Of a stretch of 36,465 bases of DNA, positions 1-10,416 are shown piece by piece. The position numbers and the translations under genes were made by a program. Source of the stretch: an uncultured Erysipelotrichaceae bacterium (GTDB lineage: Bacteria > Bacillota_I > Bacilli_A > RF39 > UBA660). The notes beneath the pieces were generated by a model that was given only the letters and a program-made list of their open reading frames with translations, was not told the DNA's origin and did no database searches. The stretch lies in the NCBI GenBank assembly GCA_902784095.1, contig CACZTK010000008.1, positions 1 to 36,465 on the forward strand, read 5' to 3'. The first letter of the stretch is position 1. Each line of letters starts with the position of its first letter.

Positions 1-5
1 TTCAT
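1..5 (-). CDS. Start codon of an unidentified gene running off the left edge
   Basis: Minus strand reads TGGTATAAT (extended -10), then GGTG (RBS-like), then ATG at 5-3. The product cannot be seen. Confidence 0.45.
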
Positions 6-30
6 AACATCACCAATTTAATTATACCAT

Positions 31-60
31 AGAAAAAGATTAAGTTTTCACTTAATCTCT
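31..60 (-). terminator. Intrinsic terminator of ppdK
   Basis: AGAGATTAAG-tgaaaa-CTTAATCTTT followed by TTCT, just after the ppdK stop. Confidence 0.7.
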
Positions 61-66
61 TAGAAA

Positions 67-2715
67 TTATTTTTTACTTCCTTGCTTTTCAGCAGCTTTT
101 TGGCGTAGATGCGCTTGTGCAGCAGCAAGTCGTGCTATTGGAATACGATATGGACTACATGATACATAACTAAGACCATTATTATGACAAAACTCTATTG
201 TTTTAGGATCTCCACCATGTTCACCGCATATACCTAAGCTTATATCTGGTCTAACATCTTTTCCAATCTTTACTCCAACTTTTACAAGAGAACCAACTCC
301 ATCTTCATCAATTGATGCAAATGGATCATTTTCAAATATATTTTTATCATAGTATGAAGTCAAGAATTTAGATGCATCATCTCTAGAAAAACCATATGTT
401 AATTGAGTTAAATCATTAGTACCAAAACTAAAGAATTCAGCCTCACTAGCAAGATCATCTGCTAATAGGCATGCACGTGGAGTTTCAATCATTGTTCCAA
501 TCTTATATGTAATTTGAGATTCATTATCTTCTATGATTTTATCTGCAGTCTCTTTAATTATATTTTTAACGTATTTTAACTCATTTAAATCTACAATTAA
601 TGGAATCATTATTTCTGGTTCTGTATAAATATTTTCTTTTTCTAACATAATAGATGCTTCAATTATAGCCTTAGTTTGCATAACAGTAATTTCTGGATAT
701 GTAACACTAAGTCTACAACCTCTATGTCCCATCATTGGATTAAACTCTTTTAATGATTCAATTCTTTGTTTCAAGTCAGTAAAGCCTAATTTTAAAGCAT
801 TAGCAAGTTCATTTATTTCAGCATTTGTTTTTGGTAAGAATTCATGTAATGGTGGATCAAGTAATCTAATAGTAACATGATGTCCTTCCATTACTTTCAT
901 TAAATTATAAAAATCATCTCTTTGATATGGTAATATTTCTTCTAGTGCTTTTTCTCTATCTTCAACAGTTGTTGCAACAATCATCTTTCTAAAACTAAAT
1001 ATCCTTTTTTCATCAAAGAACATGTGTTCAGTACGACAAAGTCCTATTCCTTCAGCACCAAATTTTCTAGCAGTTTCTGCATCTCTTGGAGTATCAGCAT
1101 TAACTCTTACACCAAGTGTTCTAACTTCATCTGCCCAATTCATAAACTTTTCAAAATATCCAGAAATTTCTGCATCTTTTGTTTCTACTTTCTCACCATA
1201 AACATATCCAGTAGAACCATCTAAACTAATATAGTCTCCTTCTTTATATACCGTTCTATCAGGAGCAGTAATAGTTTTATTTACTTCATCAATTAATAAC
1301 TCACTACATCCTGATACGCAGCATTTTCCCATACCACGAGCAACAACAGCTGCATGAGATGTCATTCCACCATGAATAGTTAATATACCACCTGCTACAT
1401 TCATTCCTTCAATATCTTCAGGTGATGTTTCTTTTCTAACAAGAATTAATTCCTTTTCTCCATCATTATATGCCTTTTCTACGTCAGCAGCAGAAAAATA
1501 TATTTTACCAGTAGCAGCACCAGGAGAAGCTGCAAGTCCTTCTGCAATTTTTTTAGCATTCTTTAGTGATTCACTATCAAACATAGGATGAAGTAATTGA
1601 TCAAGACTTTTAGCATCTACTCTTGATAATGCCTCATGTTTAGAAATTAAACCTTCTTCAACTAAATCTACAGCTATTTTTATTGCTGCTTGAGCAGTCC
1701 TTTTTCCAGATCTTGTTTGAAGCATAAATAGTTTTCCGTCTTCAATAGTAAATTCCATATCTTGCATATCTTTATAGTGATTTTCTAATATTAAACATAT
1801 TCTTTGAAATTCATCATAACATTCAGGTAAAACATCTTGTAATGTTTCAATTTTTTGAGGAGTTCTAATACCTGCAACTACATCTTCTCCTTGAGCATTA
1901 ATTAAGTATTCACCAAATAGTTTTTTCTCACCAGTAGCAGGATTTCTTGTAAATGCAACACCTGTTCCTGAATCATTTCCTTTATTACCATAAACCATTT
2001 CTTGAACATTAACAGCAGTACCAAGACTAGATGATATATCATTAAGTCTTCTATATGTAATTGCTCTATCATTATTCCAACTTCTAAATACAGCTTTAAT
2101 AGCTTCGATCAATTGAATTATAGGATCTTGTGGGAATCCATCTTTAGCATGTTTTATATATTGGGCTTTAAATCTATTAATTACTTCTTTTAAATCTGCA
2201 TCAGTTAAATCTGTATCATTTTTTACATGTTTTTCTTCTTTAATCCTATCAAATAGTCCTTCAAAATCTTCTTTAGGAAAATTCATTACAACATCAGCAT
2301 ACATTTGAATTAATCTTCTATAAGAATCATACGCAAAACGAGCATTTCCAGTTTGTTCTATTAGTGTATTACATACTTCATCATTCATACCTAAATTAAG
2401 AATTGTATCCATCATACCAGGCATTGAAAGAGGTGCCCCACTTCTAACAGAAACTAATAATGGATTTGATGTATCACCAAATCTTTTACCCGTTATTTCT
2501 TCAAGTTCACTTAATTTTTCATATACTTGTGTTACAATCTCATCATTTAATGTTTCTTCATCATCATAATATTTTAAACAAGCTTCAGTTGTTACAGTAA
2601 AACCTCTAGGTACAGGAAGTCCAATAGATGTCATTTCAGCAAGATTAGCACCCTTTCCACCTAGAATATCTTTCATATCTTTATTTCCTTCATTAAAAGA
2701 ATATACGTATTTCAT
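67..2715 (-). CDS. ppdK: Pyruvate, phosphate dikinase
   Basis: 882 aa; LGGKGANLAEM, VSVRSGA..SMPGMMDT, GGMTSHAAVVARG (phospho-His), GIGLCRTEHMFF, FSFGTNDLTQ, ICGEHGGDP; RBS AAGGAGG. Confidence 0.98.
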   Translation of the reverse strand: MKYVYSFNEGNKDMKDILGGKGANLAEMTSIGLPVPRGFTVTTEACLKYYDDEETLNDEIVTQVYEKLSELEEITGKRFGDTSNPLLVSVRSGAPLSMPGMMDTILNLGMNDEVCNTLIEQTGNARFAYDSYRRLIQMYADVVMNFPKEDFEGLFDRIKEEKHVKNDTDLTDADLKEVINRFKAQYIKHAKDGFPQDPIIQLIEAIKAVFRSWNNDRAITYRRLNDISSSLGTAVNVQEMVYGNKGNDSGTGVAFTRNPATGEKKLFGEYLINAQGEDVVAGIRTPQKIETLQDVLPECYDEFQRICLILENHYKDMQDMEFTIEDGKLFMLQTRSGKRTAQAAIKIAVDLVEEGLISKHEALSRVDAKSLDQLLHPMFDSESLKNAKKIAEGLAASPGAATGKIYFSAADVEKAYNDGEKELILVRKETSPEDIEGMNVAGGILTIHGGMTSHAAVVARGMGKCCVSGCSELLIDEVNKTITAPDRTVYKEGDYISLDGSTGYVYGEKVETKDAEISGYFEKFMNWADEVRTLGVRVNADTPRDAETARKFGAEGIGLCRTEHMFFDEKRIFSFRKMIVATTVEDREKALEEILPYQRDDFYNLMKVMEGHHVTIRLLDPPLHEFLPKTNAEINELANALKLGFTDLKQRIESLKEFNPMMGHRGCRLSVTYPEITVMQTKAIIEASIMLEKENIYTEPEIMIPLIVDLNELKYVKNIIKETADKIIEDNESQITYKIGTMIETPRACLLADDLASEAEFFSFGTNDLTQLTYGFSRDDASKFLTSYYDKNIFENDPFASIDEDGVGSLVKVGVKIGKDVRPDISLGICGEHGGDPKTIEFCHNNGLSYVSCSPYRIPIARLAAAQAHLRQKAAEKQGSKK

Positions 2716-2738
2716 ATAGCCCTCCTTATTCTATAAAT

Positions 2739-2784
2739 AGTATAGCCCAAAACACTAAAAAATACAAGGAACAAAACCTTGTAC
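2739..2784 (-). promoter_or_regulatory. tdk terminator overlapping the sigmaA-type promoter of ppdK
   Basis: Hairpin GTACAAGG-ttttgtt-CCTTGTAT plus T-run; TTGTAT (2767-2762)-17 bp-TATACT (2744-2739). Confidence 0.65.
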
Positions 2785-2794
2785 TTTACATATC

Positions 2795-3379
2795 TTATCT
2801 ACTATTATTATACTTTTTATAATAACACTTAGGACACATTGATTCATATGTAACTTTCTTATTATTATCAATTTCTACTTGATTACCAGAAAAAGTTGGA
2901 ACACCATCTATCATTCTAGTATTATATATTGCTTTAGAACCACATCTACATATAGTTTTTATTTCTTCTATTGTATGAGCAATTTCTAAAAGTCTAGATG
3001 AACCTTCAAAACCATTTGTCATAAAATCAGTTCTAAGTCCATAACAAATAACAGGAATATTATCATTAACTACTATTTGCATTAACTGATCTACTTGTTG
3101 TCTTTTCAAGAATTGTGCTTCATCTACTATTATACAAACAACCTCACCAGAAACATACTCTTGATAATATTCATAGATATTCTCATCTTCTGAAATAATG
3201 TGATCAACTCTACGTTCAATTCCTAATCTAGATACTATTTTATCTTCTCCTTTAGTATCTACTTTTGGTTTCATTAGAAAGACTTTCATTCCACGTTCTT
3301 CATAGTTATGAGCTACTTGCATTAAAATAGTAGTCTTTCCTGAATTCATTGCTCCATATTTAAAAAATAATTTTGCCAT
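2795..3379 (-). CDS. tdk: Thymidine kinase
   Basis: GAMNSGKTT P-loop, IIVDEAQFL, CYGLRTDF, zinc-binding Cys pairs (ICRCG, MCPKC). Confidence 0.96.
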   Translation of the reverse strand: MAKLFFKYGAMNSGKTTILMQVAHNYEERGMKVFLMKPKVDTKGEDKIVSRLGIERRVDHIISEDENIYEYYQEYVSGEVVCIIVDEAQFLKRQQVDQLMQIVVNDNIPVICYGLRTDFMTNGFEGSSRLLEIAHTIEEIKTICRCGSKAIYNTRMIDGVPTFSGNQVEIDNNKKVTYESMCPKCYYKKYNNSR

Positions 3380-3394
3380 ACCATCACCTACAAT

Positions 3395-3916
3395 CTAAAA
3401 ATATGGATTACTTTCTTTTTCTCCACCTAATGTAGTATCTTCTCCATGACCACAATATAGTTTTATATCATCTGGATAATTCTTAATCATTGCTATACTC
3501 TTATTCATAATACTCATATCACCAGTAGGTAAATCCCATCTTCCTATACTACCATTAAAAATGAAATCTCCAACGAACATTACTTTTTCTTCTTCAAAAT
3601 AGAATGTTATAGAATCACTAGAATGACCTGGAGTATATATAACTTTAAAATTAAATGAACCTACTGAATAACTTTGTTCTTGAACACTACTTTTCTTAAA
3701 TATTTTAACTCCTCTTTTAGTTAAAAATTTTCTAAGTGCTCCTATATGATCAAAGTGTGAATGAGTAATCAAAACTCCAAGTACCTTATTATCTGCAATT
3801 TTTTCTTGAATATTTGGATAATCATCTCCAGGGTCTACAACAAGACATTCTCCATTTTTTATTAATACATAACAATTTTCTTCTAAAGCACCTGTAACTA
3901 TCTTTTCTATCTTCAT
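3395..3916 (-). CDS. MBL-fold metallo-hydrolase (glyoxalase II-like)
   Basis: THSHFDHIG (HxHxDH), TPGHS, FVGD, GHG motifs. Confidence 0.92.
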   Translation of the reverse strand: MKIEKIVTGALEENCYVLIKNGECLVVDPGDDYPNIQEKIADNKVLGVLITHSHFDHIGALRKFLTKRGVKIFKKSSVQEQSYSVGSFNFKVIYTPGHSSDSITFYFEEEKVMFVGDFIFNGSIGRWDLPTGDMSIMNKSIAMIKNYPDDIKLYCGHGEDTTLGGEKESNPYF

Positions 3917-4092
3917 ACTACCACCTATTAAAATATAACATAAGTTAGTTACATATTCAAATTAAATTATTATCTAAATTTTAAATTTACATTATCTTTT
4001 AATTTTTTTACACCTATATTATAGAATTTATTTCTATTTTTAAAATCTATATTAAGTGATAAAAAATAATAAAAAAGACATATAAATGCCTT

Positions 4093-4785
4093 TTAAGAAT
4101 AATTAACTAAAGTTTTAAGTCTTTTTATCACCTTCTTCTCTATTCTTGATATATATGATTGAGAAATACCTAATTTTTCAGCAACTTCCTTTTGAGTTAG
4201 TTCATTTTGCCCAAGTAAACCATATCTTAATATAATAATATCTCTATCCCTAGGATTTAATCTCATTATTTCATTAATCATTATCTTACGATTTTGATCT
4301 TCTTCTATACCTTTAGTTACAATATCTTTATCAGTTCCTAAAACATCTTCTAAATGAAGCTCATTACCTTCAGCATCATATGACAATGATGCATCTATAC
4401 TAACTTCAGTTTTTAGTTTTTTTGTTTTTCTTAAATACATTAAGATTTCATTATCAATACAACGAGAAGCGTAAGTAGCAAGTTTTATATTTTTACCTCT
4501 AGAAAAAGTATTTATACCTTTAATTAACCCAATAGTACCAATACTAACTAAATCTTCTAAATCAACTCCTGTATTTTCATACTTTTTAGCAAGAAATACA
4601 ACTAATCTTAGATTATGTTCTATTAAAACATCTTTAGCGTGTTCATCCCCATTTTCAAACATACTTAAATAGAAATCTTCTTTATCTTTAGAAAGTGGTT
4701 CTGGTAATATGTCTGTTGCCCCTACATAAAAAACAGTTCCAACTTTTTTAAATATTCTCCGTAAAAATCTAATTATCTTTTTCAT
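4093..4785 (-). CDS. sigE: Sporulation sigma factor pro-sigmaE
   Basis: Basic amphipathic pro-sequence followed by FYVG..DILPEPL, LIEHNLRLVV, DLVSIGTIGLIK, KLATYASRCIDNEILMYLR, GISQSYISRIEK; coupled to spoIIGA by an ATGA overlap. Confidence 0.95.
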   Translation of the reverse strand: MKKIIRFLRRIFKKVGTVFYVGATDILPEPLSKDKEDFYLSMFENGDEHAKDVLIEHNLRLVVFLAKKYENTGVDLEDLVSIGTIGLIKGINTFSRGKNIKLATYASRCIDNEILMYLRKTKKLKTEVSIDASLSYDAEGNELHLEDVLGTDKDIVTKGIEEDQNRKIMINEIMRLNPRDRDIIILRYGLLGQNELTQKEVAEKLGISQSYISRIEKKVIKRLKTLVNYS

Positions 4786-5555
4786 AAATCCTCCTTTATT
4801 TTATTTGGTAATAGACAATCTATATACTTAGTATCAAATCTATTTTTTATATCACCAACTAATAAATTATTAAATTCTATATCATCTATAACAATTTTAT
4901 CTACGTAATAGCACTTAATAACTCCACTATTAGTAATAGTCTTATATGGAACATAAATGTATTTTTTAGTATTTACTCCAATGCTATCTATATTCAGTAA
5001 AACAACTCCTCTATTATGATATGGATCAACTAAAGTATTACCTGTATCCAAGTAACCATTTAAACTATATTTTTTCTTTTTAATAAAGATATCTACTTTA
5101 TGATAATTATTAATTTTATTCTTATATGATAAATATTCTTTTACATAGTAATAGATAATAAATGGTGAAATAATAATCATTACTATAAAATTAATTGATA
5201 ATCCATTATTTATAAAAACTATTCCTTTATGCTTAATACAAAATAAATTATTTAAAAAATACATACCTCCTCCCAAAAATATACTTATCATATAAAAATA
5301 TAGAAATATTCTAAAAAAATCTTTTTTTCCAAATGTAATGAAAACCATAAGTATACTAATAAATATTTTTAATATAAGTAATTCTATAGAGTTTATTTTT
5401 ATAAATAATAAGAAAATACTAAATCCTCCAGCTAAACTACCAATAAACAATCTATAGAACTTTGTTCTAAGTTTTAAAATACACTTTGTTCCAAATAATA
5501 AAATAAAATCAAAGAATAGATTAATTATAAATATCAAATCCAAATAGATCACCAT
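4782..5555 (-). CDS. spoIIGA: SigmaE-processing aspartic protease SpoIIGA
   Basis: N-terminal IYLD..F..N...D, several TM helices, catalytic LDTGNTL.DP; directly upstream of sigE; start moved to ATG 5555 behind GGTG. Confidence 0.92.
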   Translation of the reverse strand: MVIYLDLIFIINLFFDFILLFGTKCILKLRTKFYRLFIGSLAGGFSIFLLFIKINSIELLILKIFISILMVFITFGKKDFFRIFLYFYMISIFLGGGMYFLNNLFCIKHKGIVFINNGLSINFIVMIIISPFIIYYYVKEYLSYKNKINNYHKVDIFIKKKKYSLNGYLDTGNTLVDPYHNRGVVLLNIDSIGVNTKKYIYVPYKTITNSGVIKCYYVDKIVIDDIEFNNLLVGDIKNRFDTKYIDCLLPNKIKEDL

Positions 5556-5617
5556 ATCTATCACCAAGAAAAATTTAACACAAAAAAAACGAACCTTTTG
5601 TCGTTTTTAATACTAGA

Positions 5618-5932
5618 TTATATTTTTTTCTTAGAGATAAAGAATTTAGTAATATAAAACCAAAATATAGCCATTATTACTAAATATATCCAATCAAAGA
5701 TTGTTGTAACTATACCTGATGTATATTTATCAATTATTCCAAGTATACCTGTAGGTATATATTTATCCATAACTGCTGCAACATCATCTAAAGGAATATT
5801 TTCTTTAATAAATGTTAATATTCTAAAAAATATATCAAATACTGCAATAAAATATACAAAAGATGAAAATCTTTTGAAAAACATCACTACTACTACCATT
5901 AATACAATTAATATAATTAGATCAATGTACAT
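5618..5932 (-). CDS. Small multi-pass membrane protein, unknown function
   Basis: About 104 aa with three hydrophobic segments; RBS GAGGTG before ATG 5932. Confidence 0.75.
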   Translation of the reverse strand: MYIDLIILIVLMVVVVMFFKRFSSFVYFIAVFDIFFRILTFIKENIPLDDVAAVMDKYIPTGILGIIDKYTSGIVTTIFDWIYLVIMAIFWFYITKFFISKKKI

Positions 5933-5992
5933 AAACAACACCTCTATTCTAAGAATATTTTATCACATACAAAAGAAAAAGAAAAGTTATTT

Positions 5993-8329
5993 CTAGTCTT
6001 TTCCCTTCCATTTCCAATTCTTAATATATGGCATATCTTCACCAAATTCACTTATATAACTTTTATGTTTCTTTAACATATCATTACACCAATCAGTCAA
6101 TACAGTTGATGTATTTTTATATCTTGGAATTTCTCTTAAAGCACACATTACAAGATGGAAACGATCAATTTCATTTTGTACTCTAATATCAAATGCTGTT
6201 GTAATTGTTCCTTCTTCTTTATAACCATGAACATGTAAATTCTTATTAGTACGTTTATATGTTAATTGATGAATTAATGAAGGATATCCATGGAAATTAA
6301 AGATAATTGGTTTATCTTTAGTAAATATTGCATCATATTCTTTATTACTCATTCCATGTGGATGTTGTTCATCTGTTTCTAATCTCATTAAATCAACAAC
6401 ATTAACTACTCTGATTTTTATTCCTTTAACTGATGTTCTTAAAATATCTACTGCTGCCAAGACTTCTAATGTAGGTGTTTCACCACAGCAAGCAAATACA
6501 ATATCTGGTTCTCCTTCATCACTAGCAAAATCCCATATACCTATACCTTTTTTACAATGAATACGAGCCTGTTCCTTAGTTAACCACTGAGGTCTTTCAT
6601 GCTTAGAAGCAACTATTACATTAATATAATTCTTAGTTGTAATACAATGTTCAAAACATGATAATAAACAATTAGTATCAGGTGGTAAATACATTCTAAT
6701 AATATCTGCTTTTTTTGTAACTAAATGATTTAAAAATCCTGGATCTTGATGAGTATAACCATTATGATCTTGTTGGAATACATGTGACACTAATAAGAAA
6801 TTTAAAGATGCAATTTCTTCACGCCAAGGTATTTGTTTAGTAACTTTTAACCATTTAGCATGCTGACTTGCCATAGAGTCAACTATTCTTATAAAAGCCT
6901 CATAACTATGAATAAAACCATGTCTACCTGTAAGTAAGTATCCTTCTAACATTCCTTCACAAAAATGTTCTGACAAATAAGAATCCATTACTCTACCAGT
7001 AGTAGATAAAAATTCATCTGATTTAATAATTTTACTATTCCATGTACGATTTTCTACTTCAAATACATGATTAAATCTATTTGATAATGCTTCATCTGGA
7101 CCAAATATTCTAAAGTTTTTATTTTTAGCATTAAGTGTAAATACATCTTTTATATATCTACCAAGTTCCATAGTATCTTGAGCAACTATTTCACCAGGAT
7201 GTTTTATTGGTAATGCATAATCTTCCCATCTAGGTACATTTAAATCTTTTAATAGTAAACCACCATTAGCATGAGGATTAGAACCCATACATTTTGATAT
7301 AGGAGGATTCAAATCTCTCAATTTTTTAATAAGTCTTCCATTAGAATCAAATAATTGTTCTGGATGATAACTCTTTAGCCATCTTTCAAGTATTGGTAGT
7401 CCCTCTAAATTATCATTAGAGATTGAAACTGGAACTTGATGTGCTCTAAAACTACCTTCTATTTGTTTTTCTTTAAAGTATTTAGGACCAGTCCAACCTT
7501 TAGGAGTAGTTAATACTATCATTGGCCATTTTGAAGCTAAATCATCTTTTAATTTTAAAATATGTTTATATACTTTTTCTAAAGTTTTAGCCATTTCTTC
7601 ATGCATTTTCATTGGATCATCACCAGTTACAAAATATGGTTTAAATCCAAGACCTGAGAAAAATTCTTCCATTTCATATTTACTCATTCTTCCAAATACA
7701 GTTGGATTTGCTATCTTATATCCATTTCGATGAAGTATTGGTAAAACGATACCATCAGTTTTTGGATTTAAAAACTTATTAAAATTCCAACTTGTTGCGA
7801 GTGGTCCAGTTTCAGCTTCTCCATCACCCACAACACAAGCTGCGATTAAACTAGGATTATCTAAAACAGCACCTGCAGCATGAGCAAGACTATATCCAAG
7901 TTCTCCACCCTCATGAATAGAACCAGGTGTTTCCGGTGCAACATGTGATGATATTCCTCCAGGAAATGAAAATTGTTTACATAGTTTTTTCAATCCTTCT
8001 TCATCTTCAGTTATTTCTGGATAAAATTTTGTATAAACACCTTCCAAATAGTTATTAGCAACCATTGCTTGTCCACCATGACCTGGTCCAGAAATATATA
8101 TCATATTCAAGTCATATTTTTTAATCATTCGTTTAAGATGTAAATAAATAAAATTTTGCCCTGGAGCAGTTCCCCAATGACCTACTACATTTGGTTTTAT
8201 ATCATTAATACTTAGTTTTCTTCTAAGCAGTGGATTATCTAATAAATATAGTTGTGCTACAGACAGATAGTTTAATGCATTAAAATACTGATTAATAATA
8301 TTTAGTTCTTCTTTAGATAAATTTTTCAT
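5993..8329 (-). CDS. xfp: Phosphoketolase (xylulose-5-P/fructose-6-P)
   Basis: GHWGTAPG, PETPGSIHEGGELGY, TPP motif GDGEAETGP, NGYKIANPT, QDHNGYTHQDPG. Confidence 0.97.
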   Translation of the reverse strand: MKNLSKEELNIINQYFNALNYLSVAQLYLLDNPLLRRKLSINDIKPNVVGHWGTAPGQNFIYLHLKRMIKKYDLNMIYISGPGHGGQAMVANNYLEGVYTKFYPEITEDEEGLKKLCKQFSFPGGISSHVAPETPGSIHEGGELGYSLAHAAGAVLDNPSLIAACVVGDGEAETGPLATSWNFNKFLNPKTDGIVLPILHRNGYKIANPTVFGRMSKYEMEEFFSGLGFKPYFVTGDDPMKMHEEMAKTLEKVYKHILKLKDDLASKWPMIVLTTPKGWTGPKYFKEKQIEGSFRAHQVPVSISNDNLEGLPILERWLKSYHPEQLFDSNGRLIKKLRDLNPPISKCMGSNPHANGGLLLKDLNVPRWEDYALPIKHPGEIVAQDTMELGRYIKDVFTLNAKNKNFRIFGPDEALSNRFNHVFEVENRTWNSKIIKSDEFLSTTGRVMDSYLSEHFCEGMLEGYLLTGRHGFIHSYEAFIRIVDSMASQHAKWLKVTKQIPWREEIASLNFLLVSHVFQQDHNGYTHQDPGFLNHLVTKKADIIRMYLPPDTNCLLSCFEHCITTKNYINVIVASKHERPQWLTKEQARIHCKKGIGIWDFASDEGEPDIVFACCGETPTLEVLAAVDILRTSVKGIKIRVVNVVDLMRLETDEQHPHGMSNKEYDAIFTKDKPIIFNFHGYPSLIHQLTYKRTNKNLHVHGYKEEGTITTAFDIRVQNEIDRFHLVMCALREIPRYKNTSTVLTDWCNDMLKKHKSYISEFGEDMPYIKNWKWKGKD

Positions 8330-8353
8330 ATCATCCCTCTATTCTATATAAAA

Positions 8354-8398
8354 ATTATATCAAAAAAAAGAAAGTAGTCAAATATTACTTTCTTTTTT
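8354..8398 (-). promoter_or_regulatory. Terminator overlapping the xfp promoter
   Basis: Hairpin AAAAAAGAAAGTA-loop-TACTTTCTTTTTT; TTGACT (8381-8376)-16 bp-TATAAT with an extended TG. Confidence 0.65.
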
Positions 8399-8418
8399 CA
8401 TATATTCTTTACATTATT

Positions 8419-9132
8419 TTAATAAACTTTAATAAACTCTGATAAATCGTAGAATGTACCATCAATTTTGTATGCAAAAGTGGTATATTTACCACCAACT
8501 TCTTGATTTTGAGCACGTACATAATGATTACCAAATTTTACTATATCACTAACTCCACTTACAGGTTTATGTTCAAGCTTATTGTCAAAATAGATATCAG
8601 AATATTTCATATATTCTAATGAACCGTCATCTAATAAAAATATAAATACAGCTCCTTGAACACCATCTGCAGCAAAGTTACCAACAAAAATATCTTCTAC
8701 TTCTTTATCAAAATTCAAGCTATTTTTATCATATGTTTTTATCGAATTATTTTGAATATCAGCATTACTATATTTTTCAGGATGCATTGTAACATATGAT
8801 ATTTGAACATCTATAACTTTCTCATTTTCTGAGTTAATAGAAAGCGTTACTCCATTAAAACTAGAGCCAGACTTACTTACAATATCTTTCGATAAATCAT
8901 AGTTAATACAATTATTTTTATCAAATGTAATCAACCTATTCTTAATATCAACTTTATCTTCTACCTTATCATTAGAACCAGATACTGATGCTTTATCTTC
9001 TACTTGCTTCGATTCATTATTAAATATTATACCTTTCTCATAACAGATATAACCAACTAAACCTAGTATGACAATAATTAACACTATAATTATAATTAAC
9101 GGACCATTACTTTTTTTCTTCTTTTCTTCCAT
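8419..9132 (-). CDS. Membrane-anchored extracellular protein, unknown function
   Basis: Basic N-terminus, one TM helix, low-complexity linker and a beta-rich domain; promoter TTGAAA-17-TAAAAT and RBS AAGGAG upstream. Confidence 0.8.
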   Translation of the reverse strand: MEEKKKKSNGPLIIIIVLIIVILGLVGYICYEKGIIFNNESKQVEDKASVSGSNDKVEDKVDIKNRLITFDKNNCINYDLSKDIVSKSGSSFNGVTLSINSENEKVIDVQISYVTMHPEKYSNADIQNNSIKTYDKNSLNFDKEVEDIFVGNFAADGVQGAVFIFLLDDGSLEYMKYSDIYFDNKLEHKPVSGVSDIVKFGNHYVRAQNQEVGGKYTTFAYKIDGTFYDLSEFIKVY

Positions 9133-9257
9133 AATCTCACTCCTTCAATTTTTATTTTAACCATATAAATATACAATTTCAATAGATACTATTATTAAAA
9201 AAAATAGTTTACGTAAAGTAAAGAAAGTTTTCTTATTTGATAATCTATCTTTACAAT

Positions 9258-9932
9258 TTACTTATCTTCACCAAGTAAATCAGGTCTTAACTCTTTAGTT
9301 TTTCTTATGCTTTCATTATATCTGTATTCTTCTATTTTTTTATGATCACCTGATATTAATACTTCGGGTACTTCCATACCTCTAAAATTTCTAGGCTTAG
9401 TGTATGTTGGATAATCAAGTAGATAGTTTTCATTAAAAGAATCTTCTAAATGACTTCGTTCATTAATAACTCCAGGTATTAATCTAGTTATTGAATCTAC
9501 TAATACCATCGCAGGTATCTCACCACCAGTTAAAACATAATCACCTATACTGATTTCTAAATCAGCAAGAGTTCTTATTCTCTCATCAAATCCTTCATAA
9601 TGTCCACAAATAATAATTAAATGTTCTTCTTTAGATAAATCATAAGCCATTTTTTGTTTATATGGAATTCCTGATGGAGTTAATAGAATAACTTTAGAGT
9701 TTTCATTTCTTAATGATTCAACACAATCAAATATAGGTTGTGGCATTAAAACCATTCCTGCTCCTCCACCATATGGAGTATCATCTACTTTGTTGTGTGG
9801 ATCAGTTGTAAAATCTCTAAAATTATGTATATTTATTTCTATCTTTTTTTCATCTTTAGCACGTCTAATAATTGACTCTTCAAATATATTATTAAACATA
9901 TTAGGAAATAGAGTTAATATATCTATTTTCAT
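9258..9932 (-). CDS. trmD: tRNA (guanine-N1)-methyltransferase TrmD
   Basis: KIDILTLFP, VDDTPYGGGAGM, CGHYEGFDER, SIGDYVLTGGE. Confidence 0.98.
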   Translation of the reverse strand: MKIDILTLFPNMFNNIFEESIIRRAKDEKKIEINIHNFRDFTTDPHNKVDDTPYGGGAGMVLMPQPIFDCVESLRNENSKVILLTPSGIPYKQKMAYDLSKEEHLIIICGHYEGFDERIRTLADLEISIGDYVLTGGEIPAMVLVDSITRLIPGVINERSHLEDSFNENYLLDYPTYTKPRNFRGMEVPEVLISGDHKKIEEYRYNESIRKTKELRPDLLGEDK

Positions 9933-10415
9933 TTACTTCATCCCCTCAATTAATTCAACTATAATTTCTTTTTTATTACTATCTATTTTTTTAATAATAG
10001 GAGAATTTAATGGTATCAATACTTCCTTATCAAATTCTACTCTTAATACTTTATTAGTAGCTGAAGCATAAAATATCTCAGTTATTTTACCACTATTATT
10101 ACCATCTATAACCTTAAAACTAATTAAATCTTCATCAAGTATTTCATTACTATCTAAATTCAATTCATCCTTATCTTTATATACTTTTTTCTTCATTAAA
10201 AATAAAACATCATTAATATTATTAAACCCTTCCAAAGTAACCATATCAAAATTCTTATGTTTTCTATAAGAAGTTATCTTATAAGTATTATCATCAACAA
10301 TAATATTAGTATTTACTTTAAACGCTTTATCTTTGAACTCGAAATCAGAAAGAATTCTAATTTCTCCTTTTATACCATGAGTATTAACAATTTTACCTAT
10401 ATATACTTTTTCCAT
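9933..10415 (-). CDS. rimM: Ribosome maturation factor RimM
   Basis: IGKIVNTHGIKGE, C-terminal VLIP...IIVELIEGM; adjacent to trmD; start likely ATG 10415. Confidence 0.93.
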   Translation of the reverse strand: MEKVYIGKIVNTHGIKGEIRILSDFEFKDKAFKVNTNIIVDDNTYKITSYRKHKNFDMVTLEGFNNINDVLFLMKKKVYKDKDELNLDSNEILDEDLISFKVIDGNNSGKITEIFYASATNKVLRVEFDKEVLIPLNSPIIKKIDSNKKEIIVELIEGMK

Positions 10416-10416
10416 A

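Noticed and set aside
3917-4092. Possible sigG remnant or small ORF in the gap after sigE
   Set aside because: An AGGTG is present, but no start codon, open frame or sigma-like residues follow.
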